A stretch of 64,000 bases of DNA from Tagaea sp. (GCA_965279525.1 CBDIIB010000005.1:736001-800000), one strand, 5' to 3'; numbered from the stretch's first letter, positions 51,867-62,239 are shown. The notes: generated by a model from the letters alone, not told the origin. Program-made: numbers and translations.

Positions 51867-52087
51867 CTGAGGATCCATCCTATTCTAGGGTTATGCGCCG
51901 GCATTCTGCCGAGGCCACATCCGGTTCCCGTTTGAGGGGGTAGACCGACTGTGAGGAGGACCATACAGAAACTTTTCGGAGCCTACAAGGGGATTTTTAA
52001 AATTTGATACATTTTTTCTACAAATACCCTTGGTAATCGAGGTAAATCCAGGTATGTGTATTTAATACACTGATATAAAACGATTTA

Positions 52088-53248
52088 TCATCCACATGGC
52101 GTCACGGATACCGGCGCGGCCGGGGCCGTCAGGCTCTCGAGGAAGGCGACGAGATCGTCGATTTCTTTCGTGTCGAGGCCCAGCGGCTTCAAGATCGCCT
52201 CCCCGTCGGCGTGCAGGCGGTCGGGATCGATGCTCGAATAATGGCGCACCACGTCGCGAAGCGTGGCGAGGCTGCCGTTGTGCATATAGGGCGCGGTGCG
52301 CGCGACGCTGCGCAAGGCCGGCACGCGGAACTCGCCGAAGTTGCGATGCTGCGGATCGACATGGCGCGTCGCGGTCCCCGGTGCGTTCGCCGGATCGTCG
52401 TTGAACGCGCCAAGCTGGGTGAACGGACTTTCGCGCAGCGCCTTGATGCCGCCATGGCGGCCCATGTCCGCTCCGCTCGCGGTGAAGAACGGCACGCCGA
52501 CATCGTGGAACTCGCCGTTGGTGAACGATGGCCCCAGATGGCAGAGCGCGCAGTTGGCACGCCCGACGAACAGGCGCGCCCCGCGCTGGGCGGCGGGCGG
52601 CAGGCGTGCGGCGGCCGCCCGGTCGCCGCGCACCAACGCATCGCGGAACTCGTCGAACGGCGTGCGCGCACTTGCCAGCGTTTCCTGGAACGCAGCGAGC
52701 GCCTTGGCGGCATCGACCGCCAGCATCGTGTCGTCCACGCCCGACGCGGTGCGCGCGAAGGCCTGCGCGTAGCAGCGCGACAGAACAGGATCGCTCCGCA
52801 GCAATGCAGCAGCGCCGGCGATGCTGCCGCCAAGCTCGCGCGGTGCGAGGATCGGGCGCAGGCTCGCCGCCCACAGGCTGTCCGATGCGCCGTCCCAGCC
52901 GAACCAGCGCTGCCCCTTGAGATCGACAATCGACGGCGCGTTGCGCTCAAGCGGCCCGCGCCCGACGCTGACGGCACGCGCGTCGGTCCACGCCTTCGCC
53001 GGATCGTGGCAGCTGGCACAGCTCAAAGCACCGTCCGGCGACAGCCGCGTGTCGAAAAACAGGGTTGCGCCGAGCCGGGCGGCGAGCGGATTGCCCGACA
53101 CGCGATTGCTTGCGTCGATGGCCGGCGACGGCGGCCACGGCCCGTGGCGCGCGATGCGCGCGATCTCAGCCGGCGAGAAATCCAGCAAGTCCGCCGCATG
53201 TGCCGCGGGTGCGAGCAGCAGGAAAAGGAACGTCGCGAACGCGCGCAT
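52088..53248 (-). CDS. Di-heme cytochrome c peroxidase (MauG/MbnH-like)
   Basis: LFFDTRLS, CASCH, RNAPS, WDG, CALCH, TAPYMHNG. Confidence 0.92.
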   Translation of the reverse strand: MRAFATFLFLLLAPAAHAADLLDFSPAEIARIARHGPWPPSPAIDASNRVSGNPLAARLGATLFFDTRLSPDGALSCASCHDPAKAWTDARAVSVGRGPLERNAPSIVDLKGQRWFGWDGASDSLWAASLRPILAPRELGGSIAGAAALLRSDPVLSRCYAQAFARTASGVDDTMLAVDAAKALAAFQETLASARTPFDEFRDALVRGDRAAAARLPPAAQRGARLFVGRANCALCHLGPSFTNGEFHDVGVPFFTASGADMGRHGGIKALRESPFTQLGAFNDDPANAPGTATRHVDPQHRNFGEFRVPALRSVARTAPYMHNGSLATLRDVVRHYSSIDPDRLHADGEAILKPLGLDTKEIDDLVAFLESLTAPAAPVSVTPCG

Positions 53249-53637
53249 CAGTCGAGTTCGACCGGAGCGGTCAGTCGTTCGCCGCCGATCTCGACGACAT
53301 ATTCCCAGCGCCCGGGCATGTGGAACAGGAGCCCGTCGGCGCGGAAGCGCCCGCCGGCAAGTGCGGCGACGCTCGCCCGGTAGTTCATCCCGTGGCGGTG
53401 GGCGGGCATCCACGCGTCGATGCGCGGTGCGCGCAACGCCGATCCGTCGCGCGCGCACAGCGCCACTTCAAGCACGAAGGGCGCGTTAAGCGGCGGGATC
53501 GCAGGCACGCTGCGGATCAGCGCCACATGGCGCCGTCCTTCCACGCGCAGCGCACCGTCGCTCGCCGGCGGCTCGCACGCGAGTGCCGGCGATGCCGCCG
53601 CGAGCAGGAACGCGAGGCTAGTTGGCGCCCAGCGCAT
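53248..53637 (-). CDS. YtkA/FixH-like exported protein
   Basis: DAWMPAHRHGM, LLFHMPGRW. Confidence 0.8.
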   Translation of the reverse strand: MRWAPTSLAFLLAAASPALACEPPASDGALRVEGRRHVALIRSVPAIPPLNAPFVLEVALCARDGSALRAPRIDAWMPAHRHGMNYRASVAALAGGRFRADGLLFHMPGRWEYVVEIGGERLTAPVELD

Positions 53638-54445
53638 TGCCGAACAGCGTCTCGCCGTTGCGCCAGGCGATCCGCTCGGCCACGTCGCGCGGCAGGTCGG
53701 CCAGCCAGCGGCGCGAGAAGGCCGCGTGCTCGACGACATAGTGCCAGCGCTCGGGCGTGAAGGTGTCGGTGCCCAGCGTGAAGCGGCCGGGATGGGCAAG
53801 GAAAACCTCGCGCCATGCCGGATCGACCTTGCCGTCGCGGGCCTGGTCGGTGCGGAAGGCGAGATCGGCATAGAGCTTCGGATGGCGTTCGAGCATCGCG
53901 CGCACGTTTTCCGGCCGGTCGAAGCCCGAATGGGCCCACAGGATGCGCGCCTGCGGCCACTGGGCGAACACGCGCGTCACCGCGTCGGCATCGCCATGCA
54001 GGTGCAAGAACAGGTCGCGCGCGCGCGCCAGCTCCACCATGCCGCGCACGACCGGCAGGTCCGCGTCGGCGCCGAACACGTGGAACTCGCCGATCGCCAC
54101 ATAGCGGTACTTCGCCAGCCGGGCGGCCAGATAATCGAGCACCGTCGGATCGCGCACCCAGGTCGAAAGATCGCCGCGCTTGCGGTAGGGCCGCAGGACG
54201 GGGATCACGATGTCGGGGGCGAGCGCGTAAAGCTTCTGCGTGCCCTCGTCGTCCGAGCTCGACACCATCGCGCGCTTGAGGCCGGCCGCACGCAGGATCG
54301 CGATCGCCCGCTCGGGCGGCACCGGGTCCCACGCGTCGTGGCTGAAGTGGAGATGCGTGTCGAAGACCGGAAGATCGTCGGCCGCCGAAGCCGGCAGCGC
54401 GAACGCCGCAAGAACCGTCAGGAATGCCGCCAGTGCGCTCCGCAT
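53618..54445 (-). CDS. Exported amidohydrolase_2 family protein
   Basis: DTHLH, IGEFH, LWAHSG, GTD. Confidence 0.88.
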   Translation of the reverse strand: MRSALAAFLTVLAAFALPASAADDLPVFDTHLHFSHDAWDPVPPERAIAILRAAGLKRAMVSSSDDEGTQKLYALAPDIVIPVLRPYRKRGDLSTWVRDPTVLDYLAARLAKYRYVAIGEFHVFGADADLPVVRGMVELARARDLFLHLHGDADAVTRVFAQWPQARILWAHSGFDRPENVRAMLERHPKLYADLAFRTDQARDGKVDPAWREVFLAHPGRFTLGTDTFTPERWHYVVEHAAFSRRWLADLPRDVAERIAWRNGETLFGNALGAN

Positions 54446-54535
54446 CCGCCCCTCCCCGTGATGGGCGACAATATAGCGTGCGGCTGGCCGGCTGCCACTG
54501 GTCCGCCGGCCGGCCCGGCCGCTATACTGGTGCCC

Positions 54536-55018
54536 ATGATTCGCGCACTCGCCGTCCTGCTCGCCCTTGCGGCATCCCTGCCCGCCCTCGCCCAGACCCA
54601 GCGCGAGACGCTGCCGATCCCGCGCTTCGTCACGCTGCGCTCGGAGGAAGTGAACCTGCGCGCCGGCCCGGGCGTGCGCTATCCGGTCGAATGGGTGTTC
54701 GTGCGCCGGCAGATGCCGGTCGAGATCCTGCAGGAATTCGAGAACTGGCGGCGCATCCGCGACCGCGACGGCACCGAAGGCTGGGTCCACCAGAGCATGC
54801 TGACCGGGCGGCGCGCGGCCATCGTGGCGGGCGACATGCGCAACCTGCGCCGCCGGCCCGAGGCGGAAGCGCCGGTCGTGGCGCGCGTCGAGCAAGGCGT
54901 GATCGGCGCGCTTCTTGAATGCAAGGATGCCTGGTGCCGGCTCGAGGCGGGCGGATTCCGCGGCTGGCTGCCGCGCGAGGAGATCTGGGGCGTCTACCCC
55001 AACGAGGCGATCAAATGA
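54536..55018 (+). CDS. SH3 domain (SH3_4) protein
   Basis: PRFVTL, NLRAGPG, WRRIRDRDGTEGWVHQSML. Confidence 0.92.
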   Translation: MIRALAVLLALAASLPALAQTQRETLPIPRFVTLRSEEVNLRAGPGVRYPVEWVFVRRQMPVEILQEFENWRRIRDRDGTEGWVHQSMLTGRRAAIVAGDMRNLRRRPEAEAPVVARVEQGVIGALLECKDAWCRLEAGGFRGWLPREEIWGVYPNEAIK

Positions 55019-55518
55019 TGTCGATCCCGGGCGGAACCATCCTTGCCGTGCGTCGCGGCCTCTACTGGCATGTCGGCATCGCCGACGGACGCGGCCACGC
55101 GATCAGCCGTACGCGCGGGGCCGGCGTGATCCGCGAGCGCCTCGACGCCTTCGCGCGCGGCGGATCGCTGCACGTGGTCCCCATCGACCGGCCGAGCTTT
55201 CCGCCGGCCGAGATCGTCGCGCGCGCCGCCGAACGCCTCGGCGAGGTCGGCTACGACTGGATCGACGACAACTGCGAGCATTTCGCAGGCGAGTGCGTCT
55301 ACGGCGAGCGGCGCAGCCGCCAGGTGCGCATTGCCGGCGCCATCGGCACGATCGCGGGCGTGGCGCTCAACTTCGTCGGCCCGAACTGGATCGCGGCGGG
55401 TGCCGTCGCCGCCCTCTCCTTCGCCGCCTTCACCCTCACCGCCCGCCCGCTTCACGCGGCGGCGTTCGATGCCGCCCTCGCCGACCCGTCCGTTTCCCCG
55501 GAGGAAATCCATGCGTAA
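55015..55518 (+). CDS. LRAT/NC-domain permuted NlpC/P60 protein
   Basis: YWHVGI...Y...NCEHF, C-terminal hydrophobic helices. Confidence 0.85.
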   Translation: MMSIPGGTILAVRRGLYWHVGIADGRGHAISRTRGAGVIRERLDAFARGGSLHVVPIDRPSFPPAEIVARAAERLGEVGYDWIDDNCEHFAGECVYGERRSRQVRIAGAIGTIAGVALNFVGPNWIAAGAVAALSFAAFTLTARPLHAAAFDAALADPSVSPEEIHA

Positions 55519-57079
55519 CGCGCTGCTCGCCGCCACCGCTGCCCTCGCCCTGTTCGCCGCTTCCGCCGACGCCCAGACGCGCACCGTGCGCTTCTCGTTC
55601 AACGCGGATGCCAACACGCTCGATCCGCACGCCAACAACGCGCTGACGACCAACGCGCTGCTCGACCAGATGTACGAGTGCCTGACGACGCGCGACAAGG
55701 ACATGAAGCTGGCGCCCTCGCTCGCCACGTCGTGGCGCCAGGTCGAGCCGACGCGCTGGCGCTTCGAGCTTCGCCAGGGCGTGAAGTTCCACGACGGCTC
55801 GCCCTTCACCGCCGACGACGCGATCTTCTCGCTGCTGCGTGCGGTCTCGCCGACCTCGCAGTACGGCATCTATGTCGACAGCTTCGCCGGTGCCGTGAAG
55901 GTGGGCGCCAACGCGATCGAGATCATCACAAGGGTCCCCGACCCGGTGCTGCCCGACAAGCTGACGCGCGTCGTGATGATGAGCAAGGCGTGGACGGAAG
56001 CGAACCGGTCGGTCCAGCCGCAGAACTACGCCGCCAAGGAAGAGACCTTCGCCGCGCGCAACGCGATGGGCACGGGTCCGTTCGTGTTCCGCAGCAGCGT
56101 GCCCGACGAGCGCACGGTGATGACGCGCTTCCGCGACCACTGGGACAAGTCCGTCCAGACCAATGTCGACGAGCTGATCCTGCAGCCGATCGCCAGCGAC
56201 GCCACGCGCATCGCGGCCCTGCTCGCCGGCGACATCGACATCACGAACTTCGTGCCCGCCCAGGATCTCGAGCGGCTGCGCCGCGACCCGCGCGTCAAGG
56301 TCATCGACGGGCAGGAGAACCGCACGCTGTGGCTCGGCTTCGACCAGGGCCGCGACGAGCTCCTCTATTCCGACGTCAAGGGCAAGAACCCGTTCAAGGA
56401 CGTGCGCGTGCGCAAGGCGGTCGCGCACGCGATCGACGTCGAAGCACTCAAGTCGCGCGTGATGCGCGGCCAGGCGATCCCCTCGGGCTCGATGTGGACC
56501 GAGTTCGTCAACGGCTATTCGAAGGAAAACGACGCACGCCTGCCGGTCGACCTGCCGCGCGCGCGGGCCCTGCTCGCGGAAGCGGGCTACCCCAACGGCT
56601 TCGGCGTGACGCTCGACTGCCCGAACGGCTCCTACGAGCAGGTCTGCGTGGCGCTCGCCGGCATGCTCTCGCAGATCGGCATCCGGCTGAACGTCAACCT
56701 GACGCCCGGCGGCGTGGTGTTCCCGCGCCTCGTGCGCACCGATATCTCGATGTTCGCGCTGTCGTGGGGCGTGCCCACGTTCGACGCGATGTACACGCTG
56801 CGCGGCATCATGATGACGCGCGAGAAGGTGGGTGCGGCGTCGTGGAACGGCGGCCAGTATTCCAATGCGCGCGTCGACACGCTGATCGAGCAGGCGCAAG
56901 CCGAGACCGACGCCGAGAAGCGCCGCGGCCTGATGCGCGCGGCCCACCGGCTGCACAACGACGACGTCGGGCACATCCCGATCTACCACCTGATGATCCC
57001 GTGGGCGATGAAGGCGAGCATCAGCGTGCCGCACCGCGCCGACAACTTCGTCGTCGGCAAGTGGATCGTGGTCCGGTGA
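55511..57079 (+). CDS. ABC peptide/nickel substrate-binding protein (family 5)
   Basis: LDPH, LRQGVKFHDGSPFTADD, GTGPF, DVRVRKA. Confidence 0.93.
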   Translation: MRNALLAATAALALFAASADAQTRTVRFSFNADANTLDPHANNALTTNALLDQMYECLTTRDKDMKLAPSLATSWRQVEPTRWRFELRQGVKFHDGSPFTADDAIFSLLRAVSPTSQYGIYVDSFAGAVKVGANAIEIITRVPDPVLPDKLTRVVMMSKAWTEANRSVQPQNYAAKEETFAARNAMGTGPFVFRSSVPDERTVMTRFRDHWDKSVQTNVDELILQPIASDATRIAALLAGDIDITNFVPAQDLERLRRDPRVKVIDGQENRTLWLGFDQGRDELLYSDVKGKNPFKDVRVRKAVAHAIDVEALKSRVMRGQAIPSGSMWTEFVNGYSKENDARLPVDLPRARALLAEAGYPNGFGVTLDCPNGSYEQVCVALAGMLSQIGIRLNVNLTPGGVVFPRLVRTDISMFALSWGVPTFDAMYTLRGIMMTREKVGAASWNGGQYSNARVDTLIEQAQAETDAEKRRGLMRAAHRLHNDDVGHIPIYHLMIPWAMKASISVPHRADNFVVGKWIVVR

Positions 57080-57103
57080 TGGCCAGCCGCTGATGGCCAA
57101 CCG

Positions 57104-57532
57104 GTGATGGATTGCCGCGTCACGCTGGTCACGCTCGGCGTGGCCGACATGGGCGTGGCGCGCGCGTTCTACGAGAAGCTCGGCTGGCGCGCGCACGCAT
57201 CGAGCACGCCGGACGTCACCTTCTTCGATGCCGGCGGCATGGTCGTGTCGCTGTTCGGGCGTTCGGCCCTGGCGGCCGATGCGCGGATGGCGGAAGCCCC
57301 GCTGCCGGCGTTCCGGGGCACGTCGCTGGCGCAGAACGTACGTAGCGAAACGGAGGTCGACACGGTCATGGCCGCCGCCGTCGCGGCCGGTGCGCGCGAA
57401 GTGAAGCCCGCACAGGCGACGTTCTGGGGCGGCTATGCCGGCTATTTCGCCGATCCGGACGGGCACCTGTGGGAGATCGCCCACAATCCGTTCTGGCCGC
57501 TCGATGCGGCCGGGAAGCTTTCGCTGCCCTAG
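57104..57532 (+). CDS. VOC/glyoxalase family protein
   Basis: TLVTLGVAD, FWGGYAGYFADPDGHLWEIA. Confidence 0.93.
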   Translation: MMDCRVTLVTLGVADMGVARAFYEKLGWRAHASSTPDVTFFDAGGMVVSLFGRSALAADARMAEAPLPAFRGTSLAQNVRSETEVDTVMAAAVAAGAREVKPAQATFWGGYAGYFADPDGHLWEIAHNPFWPLDAAGKLSLP

Positions 57533-58077
57533 GCGGCGCGCCGTCCCCACAGGCCGACGGCGACCAGCAGCACCGAAGCGGCACCGACCACGACAAGCGT
57601 CGGCGTCGGAAGATAGAAGGTCGTGTAGACCTCCCAGCCCATCACGCGCAGCACGTGCGAGACGGCCGTGTAGATCCCGACGAGATGGCCGCCAAGCGTG
57701 CCGGTGATGCCGAGCAGCACGCTCCCGAACACCGCAAGTCCCGCCATCGCCCAGCGCATGCCGCCTTCCCAGACGGCTTCGCCCAGCCGCCAGCGCGTGA
57801 CGAGCAGCAGCGCCCAGTAGGCCGTCGTCCATGCCGCGAGCAGCATGTGGTTGCGCCCCAGCGGGGTGGACGAGATCGTCTCCCACGGCCAGACCTGCGT
57901 GCCGACCACATAGGCGAGGATGCCGGTGACGAGGCCGATCGCAAGCAACGGAACGAGTGCCCGGTCGATCGACCTGGCCAGCTGGCCGTCCGACAGCGCG
58001 CGCCAGACGATCGCCAACGTCGCTGTCATCCACAGCGCGATGGGGAAGTGGACGAGGACCACATGATAGGCGGACAT
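57529..58077 (-). CDS. DUF2231-like membrane protein
   Basis: HVVLVHFPIAL, 4 TM helices, TGTLGGHLV. Confidence 0.8.
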   Translation of the reverse strand: MSAYHVVLVHFPIALWMTATLAIVWRALSDGQLARSIDRALVPLLAIGLVTGILAYVVGTQVWPWETISSTPLGRNHMLLAAWTTAYWALLLVTRWRLGEAVWEGGMRWAMAGLAVFGSVLLGITGTLGGHLVGIYTAVSHVLRVMGWEVYTTFYLPTPTLVVVGAASVLLVAVGLWGRRAA

Positions 58078-58079
58078 GA

Positions 58080-59501
58080 TCAGGCTCCTTGCTTGCGGGC
58101 GACGAGCAGGTTGAGGGCGAAACCGAAGGCCGCGACGAGCGCAAGGCCGGCCAACAGGGTCAGCAGCCACTGGCTGCGGATCGCGTCGGCGAACTCGGTC
58201 TCGATGCCGTAGTGGGCCAGCTGCTCCTCGCTGTGGCGGTAGCGGACGGGAACGCCCTTCCTGATGTTGTCGGCACCGGCATGGCGAGCACTGTTGAGCA
58301 TCCCCCAGCCGACCTGGCCGGGATAGAAGAGCGTCGCCTTGAAGGCGGGCTGGCTCCAGTCGGGTGCCGCACCTTCGAAGCGCTTGGCCTCAATCTCGGC
58401 CTGCCGGCCGAAGCCCACCGAGAAGGGCAGCGAGACATAGTGCCAGCGCCCGCCCGTCGCCTGGCGGTGGATGGCGAAGGCGACCTGGTAGACGCCGCCG
58501 TCGCGCAGGATCTTGTCCTCGGCCGGCTTCTCGGTGTTCATCTTGCGCCGCAGCGTGACGTCCCAGTAGCCGTCGACCCAGCGCGCGCGCCCGACGACGC
58601 CGATGTCGGCGCGCGAGCCCTGCGGGGCGCGCAGGATGCGACGCGGGATCGTGTCGCCTTCCTGCCAGCCGGCGGCCGCATCGAAGGGCACCGACTGGTC
58701 CTCGCGCAGATAGTAGACGTCGTTCGGCCCGATGCGGCCCTGGACGATGTCGTCCCACTTGAGCGAAGCCTTGCCGACCTTCGAGCGGTCGAGCATCAGG
58801 CGCGGGATCTTCTTCTCGCCGTCCCAGTTCGTCGCATAGGCACCGCGCCCGGAATCGCTGAGCCGGCCGGCACCGACGAACTGGTCGTCCGCGACGCCCA
58901 TGGGATCGGAGCGCTGCGCGCGCCAATGCCAGAGGTCAAGAAAGTAGCCCGCCGCGCGCAGGCGGTCCTGCTGGGCTTCGGGCACGACCGACTTCCAGTC
59001 GGCGTTGTCGCTCCGGGTCGACGGCAGGTATTTCGTCGGCTCGTCGAGGCCGAGCTTCTTGCCGAGATAGGCGTGATCGCGCACCTCGCGTCCGCTCGCC
59101 TCGCCGGTGAAGCCGGCAAGCCGGTCGCCGACCGTGACGTAGCCGCCGTAACGGCCGAACTCCGGCACGCTGCCGTCGTCGAGCATCATCGATACCCGAT
59201 CCTCGTGCAGCCCGTCGGGCTGCGAACCGGGTACGGCCTCGCCGCGCACGGCCCACGCCCCGTTCGTGTACCGCAGCACGTCGTGGAAGATGCCGGCGTT
59301 GGGGGCCGCCCAGCGATAGCGGAAGAAGACGTTCTCGCCGTCGTGTGCTGCCCAGACCTCGAGCGGAACGGTGAGTTTCGCCGGAATGCTGATGTTGCGC
59401 GCCGGATCGTCGCGCACGACGCCGGTGCCGTGCGTGAGCCAGGAATATCCCAGCGCCCCGATGAAGATCGCGTGTGCCGCATAGAGCGCCAGACGTCTCA
59501 T
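58080..59501 (-). CDS. Ethylbenzene-dehydrogenase-gamma-like (DOMON-type heme b) membrane-anchored protein
   Basis: HDGENVFFRYRW, EDRVSMM, DLWHWRAQRS, RWHYVS; C-terminal TM. Confidence 0.8.
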   Translation of the reverse strand: MRRLALYAAHAIFIGALGYSWLTHGTGVVRDDPARNISIPAKLTVPLEVWAAHDGENVFFRYRWAAPNAGIFHDVLRYTNGAWAVRGEAVPGSQPDGLHEDRVSMMLDDGSVPEFGRYGGYVTVGDRLAGFTGEASGREVRDHAYLGKKLGLDEPTKYLPSTRSDNADWKSVVPEAQQDRLRAAGYFLDLWHWRAQRSDPMGVADDQFVGAGRLSDSGRGAYATNWDGEKKIPRLMLDRSKVGKASLKWDDIVQGRIGPNDVYYLREDQSVPFDAAAGWQEGDTIPRRILRAPQGSRADIGVVGRARWVDGYWDVTLRRKMNTEKPAEDKILRDGGVYQVAFAIHRQATGGRWHYVSLPFSVGFGRQAEIEAKRFEGAAPDWSQPAFKATLFYPGQVGWGMLNSARHAGADNIRKGVPVRYRHSEEQLAHYGIETEFADAIRSQWLLTLLAGLALVAAFGFALNLLVARKQGA

Positions 59502-59649
59502 GTGCCTCTCCCAAAAATTCTTTCGACGCAGGACGGCGTCGGGGAGAAGCGTGCGCCTTCGGCGTGCGCGCGCCTGTGACATGGATCAAGCGCCGCCAGC
59601 CGCGGCGGTGCAATCGCACGGCGCCTAATTCAGCGCCGCGCCGGATGTA

Positions 59650-60246
59650 TCAGGCGAAATCGGCGGCGAGTGCGGCGCGCACGGGCTCGGGCAGGATCGC
59701 CATGTGGCCGTATTCCGGGTGGTCGAGGCCGAGCACGATGCGCGCCCCTTCCTTACGGAACGCCGATATCTGGCCGGCCGAGAACGGGAAGCGCAGGAAG
59801 TGGACGGACGACGTCTTGCCGTCGTCCTTCGTGCGTTCGACGTCGGTCTCGGCGACAGCCGCGATGCGTGCGCCGTCGATCTCGAAGAAGATGTGCCGCT
59901 CGATATGGCCGAGCTTCGCCAGCGTGTTCGCGCGCACGACCGGATCGGGGATCTCGAGCATCAGCGTGGCGACGAGCTCGCTGCCCTGGGGGATAAGCGG
60001 GTTGAACGCCGCCAGCTCGTCGGCGATCTGCGCCTCGCCGCCCTTCTCGATGAACAGCATCTCATGCACCTGATGCCACATCGTCTGGTAACTCTCGAAA
60101 TAGAACGTCGCGACGGGGCCGACTTCCACGCGCCGGCGCTTCTTGGCCGCGACCACGGCTTCGCGCAGCGACTTGCGCTCGCGCGCGTAATCGGCGATCG
60201 GCAGGATGTCGGCGCGCGTGATCTGGCGCTTCAGCGTTGCGGTCAT
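59650..60246 (-). CDS. DUF3501 family protein
   Basis: KKRRRVEVGP, QVHEMLFIE, ELAAFNPLIP, SSVHFLRF. Confidence 0.92.
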   Translation of the reverse strand: MTATLKRQITRADILPIADYARERKSLREAVVAAKKRRRVEVGPVATFYFESYQTMWHQVHEMLFIEKGGEAQIADELAAFNPLIPQGSELVATLMLEIPDPVVRANTLAKLGHIERHIFFEIDGARIAAVAETDVERTKDDGKTSSVHFLRFPFSAGQISAFRKEGARIVLGLDHPEYGHMAILPEPVRAALAADFA

Positions 60247-60256
60247 CTTCGGTCTC

Positions 60257-61603
60257 CTAGGCCAGGCCGTAGGCCTTGGCGAACAGCTCGATGGGGTGCA
60301 TCGAATGGTCGATCGTCGGCAGGTCGGCCTCGCCCAGACGCTCGATCCCCTGCACGATGTGCTCGCCCGCAAGCGGGCACTCGGACGCGAGATACGTCTT
60401 GGCGTTCTTGGCGGCCGTGCGTGCGACGGGCTTGCCGACCTTCAGGGCGGTCTCGAAATTGTTCTTCATCACGCCCCACGAACCGCCATGGCCCGAGCAG
60501 CGCTCGATGATGGCCACGTCGATCTTGGGCACGAGGCGCAGCATCTCGGCCGCCTTCGGCCCCATGTTCTGCGCGCGCGCATGGCAGGCGAAGTGCATCG
60601 ACACGCCGCCGTCGAGCGGTTGCAGGCCCGGGGCGAGCCCGTGCTTCTTGTGGATGTCGACGACGTATTCCGACGCGTCAAACGTGGCCTTGGCGAGCTT
60701 GGCGACCAGCGGGTCGTCCGGCACGATCAGCGGCCATTCGAATTTCAGCATCAGCGCGCAGGACGGGATCAGCGCCACGATGTCGTAGCCCTCGTCGATG
60801 AGCGGGCTCATTTCGGCGGCGACGGCGCGCGCACTGGCGGCGACCTTCTCGATCTCGCCATGCTCGAGCTGCGGCATGCCGCAGCACTTCGGGTAGACGA
60901 CCTTGCTGTCGACGCCGTTCTTGGCGAGTACGGCGCGCATCGCCATGCCGATGTTCGGGTTGTTGTAGTTGACGAAGCAGGTCGCGTAGAGCGCGGCCTT
61001 GCGTTTGCCGAAGGCCGGCGCCTTGTCGTTGATCTCGACGCCCTCGCGCTTCGCGCGCACGGCGAGCGTGGCACCGTGGAACTTCGGCAACGCAGCCTCG
61101 GGGTGGACGTCGGCGACCTTGTCGAGCAGGCCGCGCGTCAGCGCGTTCTTCGTGTCGGTCGCCCAGTTGGCGATGCCCGGCGCCATCGACGCGAGCTTGC
61201 CGTTGCGGTCGGTCTTGGTCAGTTCCTTCTCGGCGAAAGGAACCTTGCCCTTCTTTGCTTCGATGGCGCGGTAGCGCAGCATCAGATGCGGGAAATCGAG
61301 ATTGAATTCGTGCGGCGGCACATAGGGGCACTTCGTCAGGAAGCACATGTCGCACAGCGTGCAGGCGTCGACGACGTCCTTGAACGCCGACGACGGCACG
61401 TCTTCCATCACCTCGTTCGGCGAATTGTCGACGAGATCGAAAAGCTTCGGGAAGGAGTCGCACAGGTTGAAGCAGCGCCGGCAGCCGTGGCAGATGTCGA
61501 AAACGCGGCGCAGCTCGGCATCGAGCTTGGCCTCGTCCCAGAAATCGGGATTCTGCCAGTCGATCTTGTGGCGGGTCGGGGCTTCGAGGCTGCCTTCGCG
61601 CAT
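60257..61603 (-). CDS. Rubrerythrin-associated Fe-S oxidoreductase (GlpC/CCG family)
   Basis: CHGCRRCFNLC, CTLCDMC...CP, CCGMP, RCSGHGG. Confidence 0.92.
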   Translation of the reverse strand: MREGSLEAPTRHKIDWQNPDFWDEAKLDAELRRVFDICHGCRRCFNLCDSFPKLFDLVDNSPNEVMEDVPSSAFKDVVDACTLCDMCFLTKCPYVPPHEFNLDFPHLMLRYRAIEAKKGKVPFAEKELTKTDRNGKLASMAPGIANWATDTKNALTRGLLDKVADVHPEAALPKFHGATLAVRAKREGVEINDKAPAFGKRKAALYATCFVNYNNPNIGMAMRAVLAKNGVDSKVVYPKCCGMPQLEHGEIEKVAASARAVAAEMSPLIDEGYDIVALIPSCALMLKFEWPLIVPDDPLVAKLAKATFDASEYVVDIHKKHGLAPGLQPLDGGVSMHFACHARAQNMGPKAAEMLRLVPKIDVAIIERCSGHGGSWGVMKNNFETALKVGKPVARTAAKNAKTYLASECPLAGEHIVQGIERLGEADLPTIDHSMHPIELFAKAYGLA

Positions 61604-61673
61604 GTCGGACTCCGGTCGGAAACGTAGCGGCCCCCCGCGCGTTCAGCGCGAGGGGCCGGAACGGCAGTGACGC

Positions 61674-62102
61674 TTAGGCCGAGGCCTTGAGCGCTTCGAG
61701 GGTCTTCGAGAACTTGCCGGCGTGCGACTTCTCGGCCTTCGCCAGGGTCTCGAACCAGTCGGCGATCTCGTCGAAGCCTTCCGAGCGCGCGTCCTTCGCC
61801 ATGCCCGGGTACATGTCGGTGTACTCGTGCGTCTCGCCGGCGATCGACGCCTTGAGGTTCAGCTCGGTCGTGCCGATCGGCTCGCCCGTGGCCGGGTCGC
61901 CGGTCTCCTCGAGGAACTCGAGATGGCCGTGCGCGTGGCCGGTCTCGCCTTCCGCCGTCGAGCGGAACACCGCGGCGACGTCGTTGTAGCCTTCCACGTC
62001 CGCCTTCTGGGCGAAGTAGAGGTAGCGGCGGTTGGCCTGGCTTTCGCCGGCGAACGCGTCCTTGAGATGCTTCTCGGTCTTGGTTCCCTTGAGCTTGGGC
62101 AT
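61674..62102 (-). CDS. rbr: Rubrerythrin (short type, no rubredoxin domain)
   Basis: [36 protein letters not shown]. Confidence 0.95.
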   Translation of the reverse strand: MPKLKGTKTEKHLKDAFAGESQANRRYLYFAQKADVEGYNDVAAVFRSTAEGETGHAHGHLEFLEETGDPATGEPIGTTELNLKASIAGETHEYTDMYPGMAKDARSEGFDEIADWFETLAKAEKSHAGKFSKTLEALKASA

Positions 62103-62222
62103 GGGAGGCTCCCTCGTTCCATCGGTGGCGATCGGGTCGCCGCATTATGTGTGCGGCCCGCCCCGGGCATTGGCACCCGGGATGGCCACTTATATGGACC
62201 TTGAATCAGGGTCGGTCAATAC

Positions 62223-62239
62223 TCTGGAAACGTTCAAAA
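62223..62239. promoter_or_regulatory. Irr-box (ICE)-like site upstream of rubrerythrin
   Basis: Minus strand TTTTGAACGTTTCCAGA vs consensus TTTRGAAYNRTTCYAAA. Confidence 0.55.
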
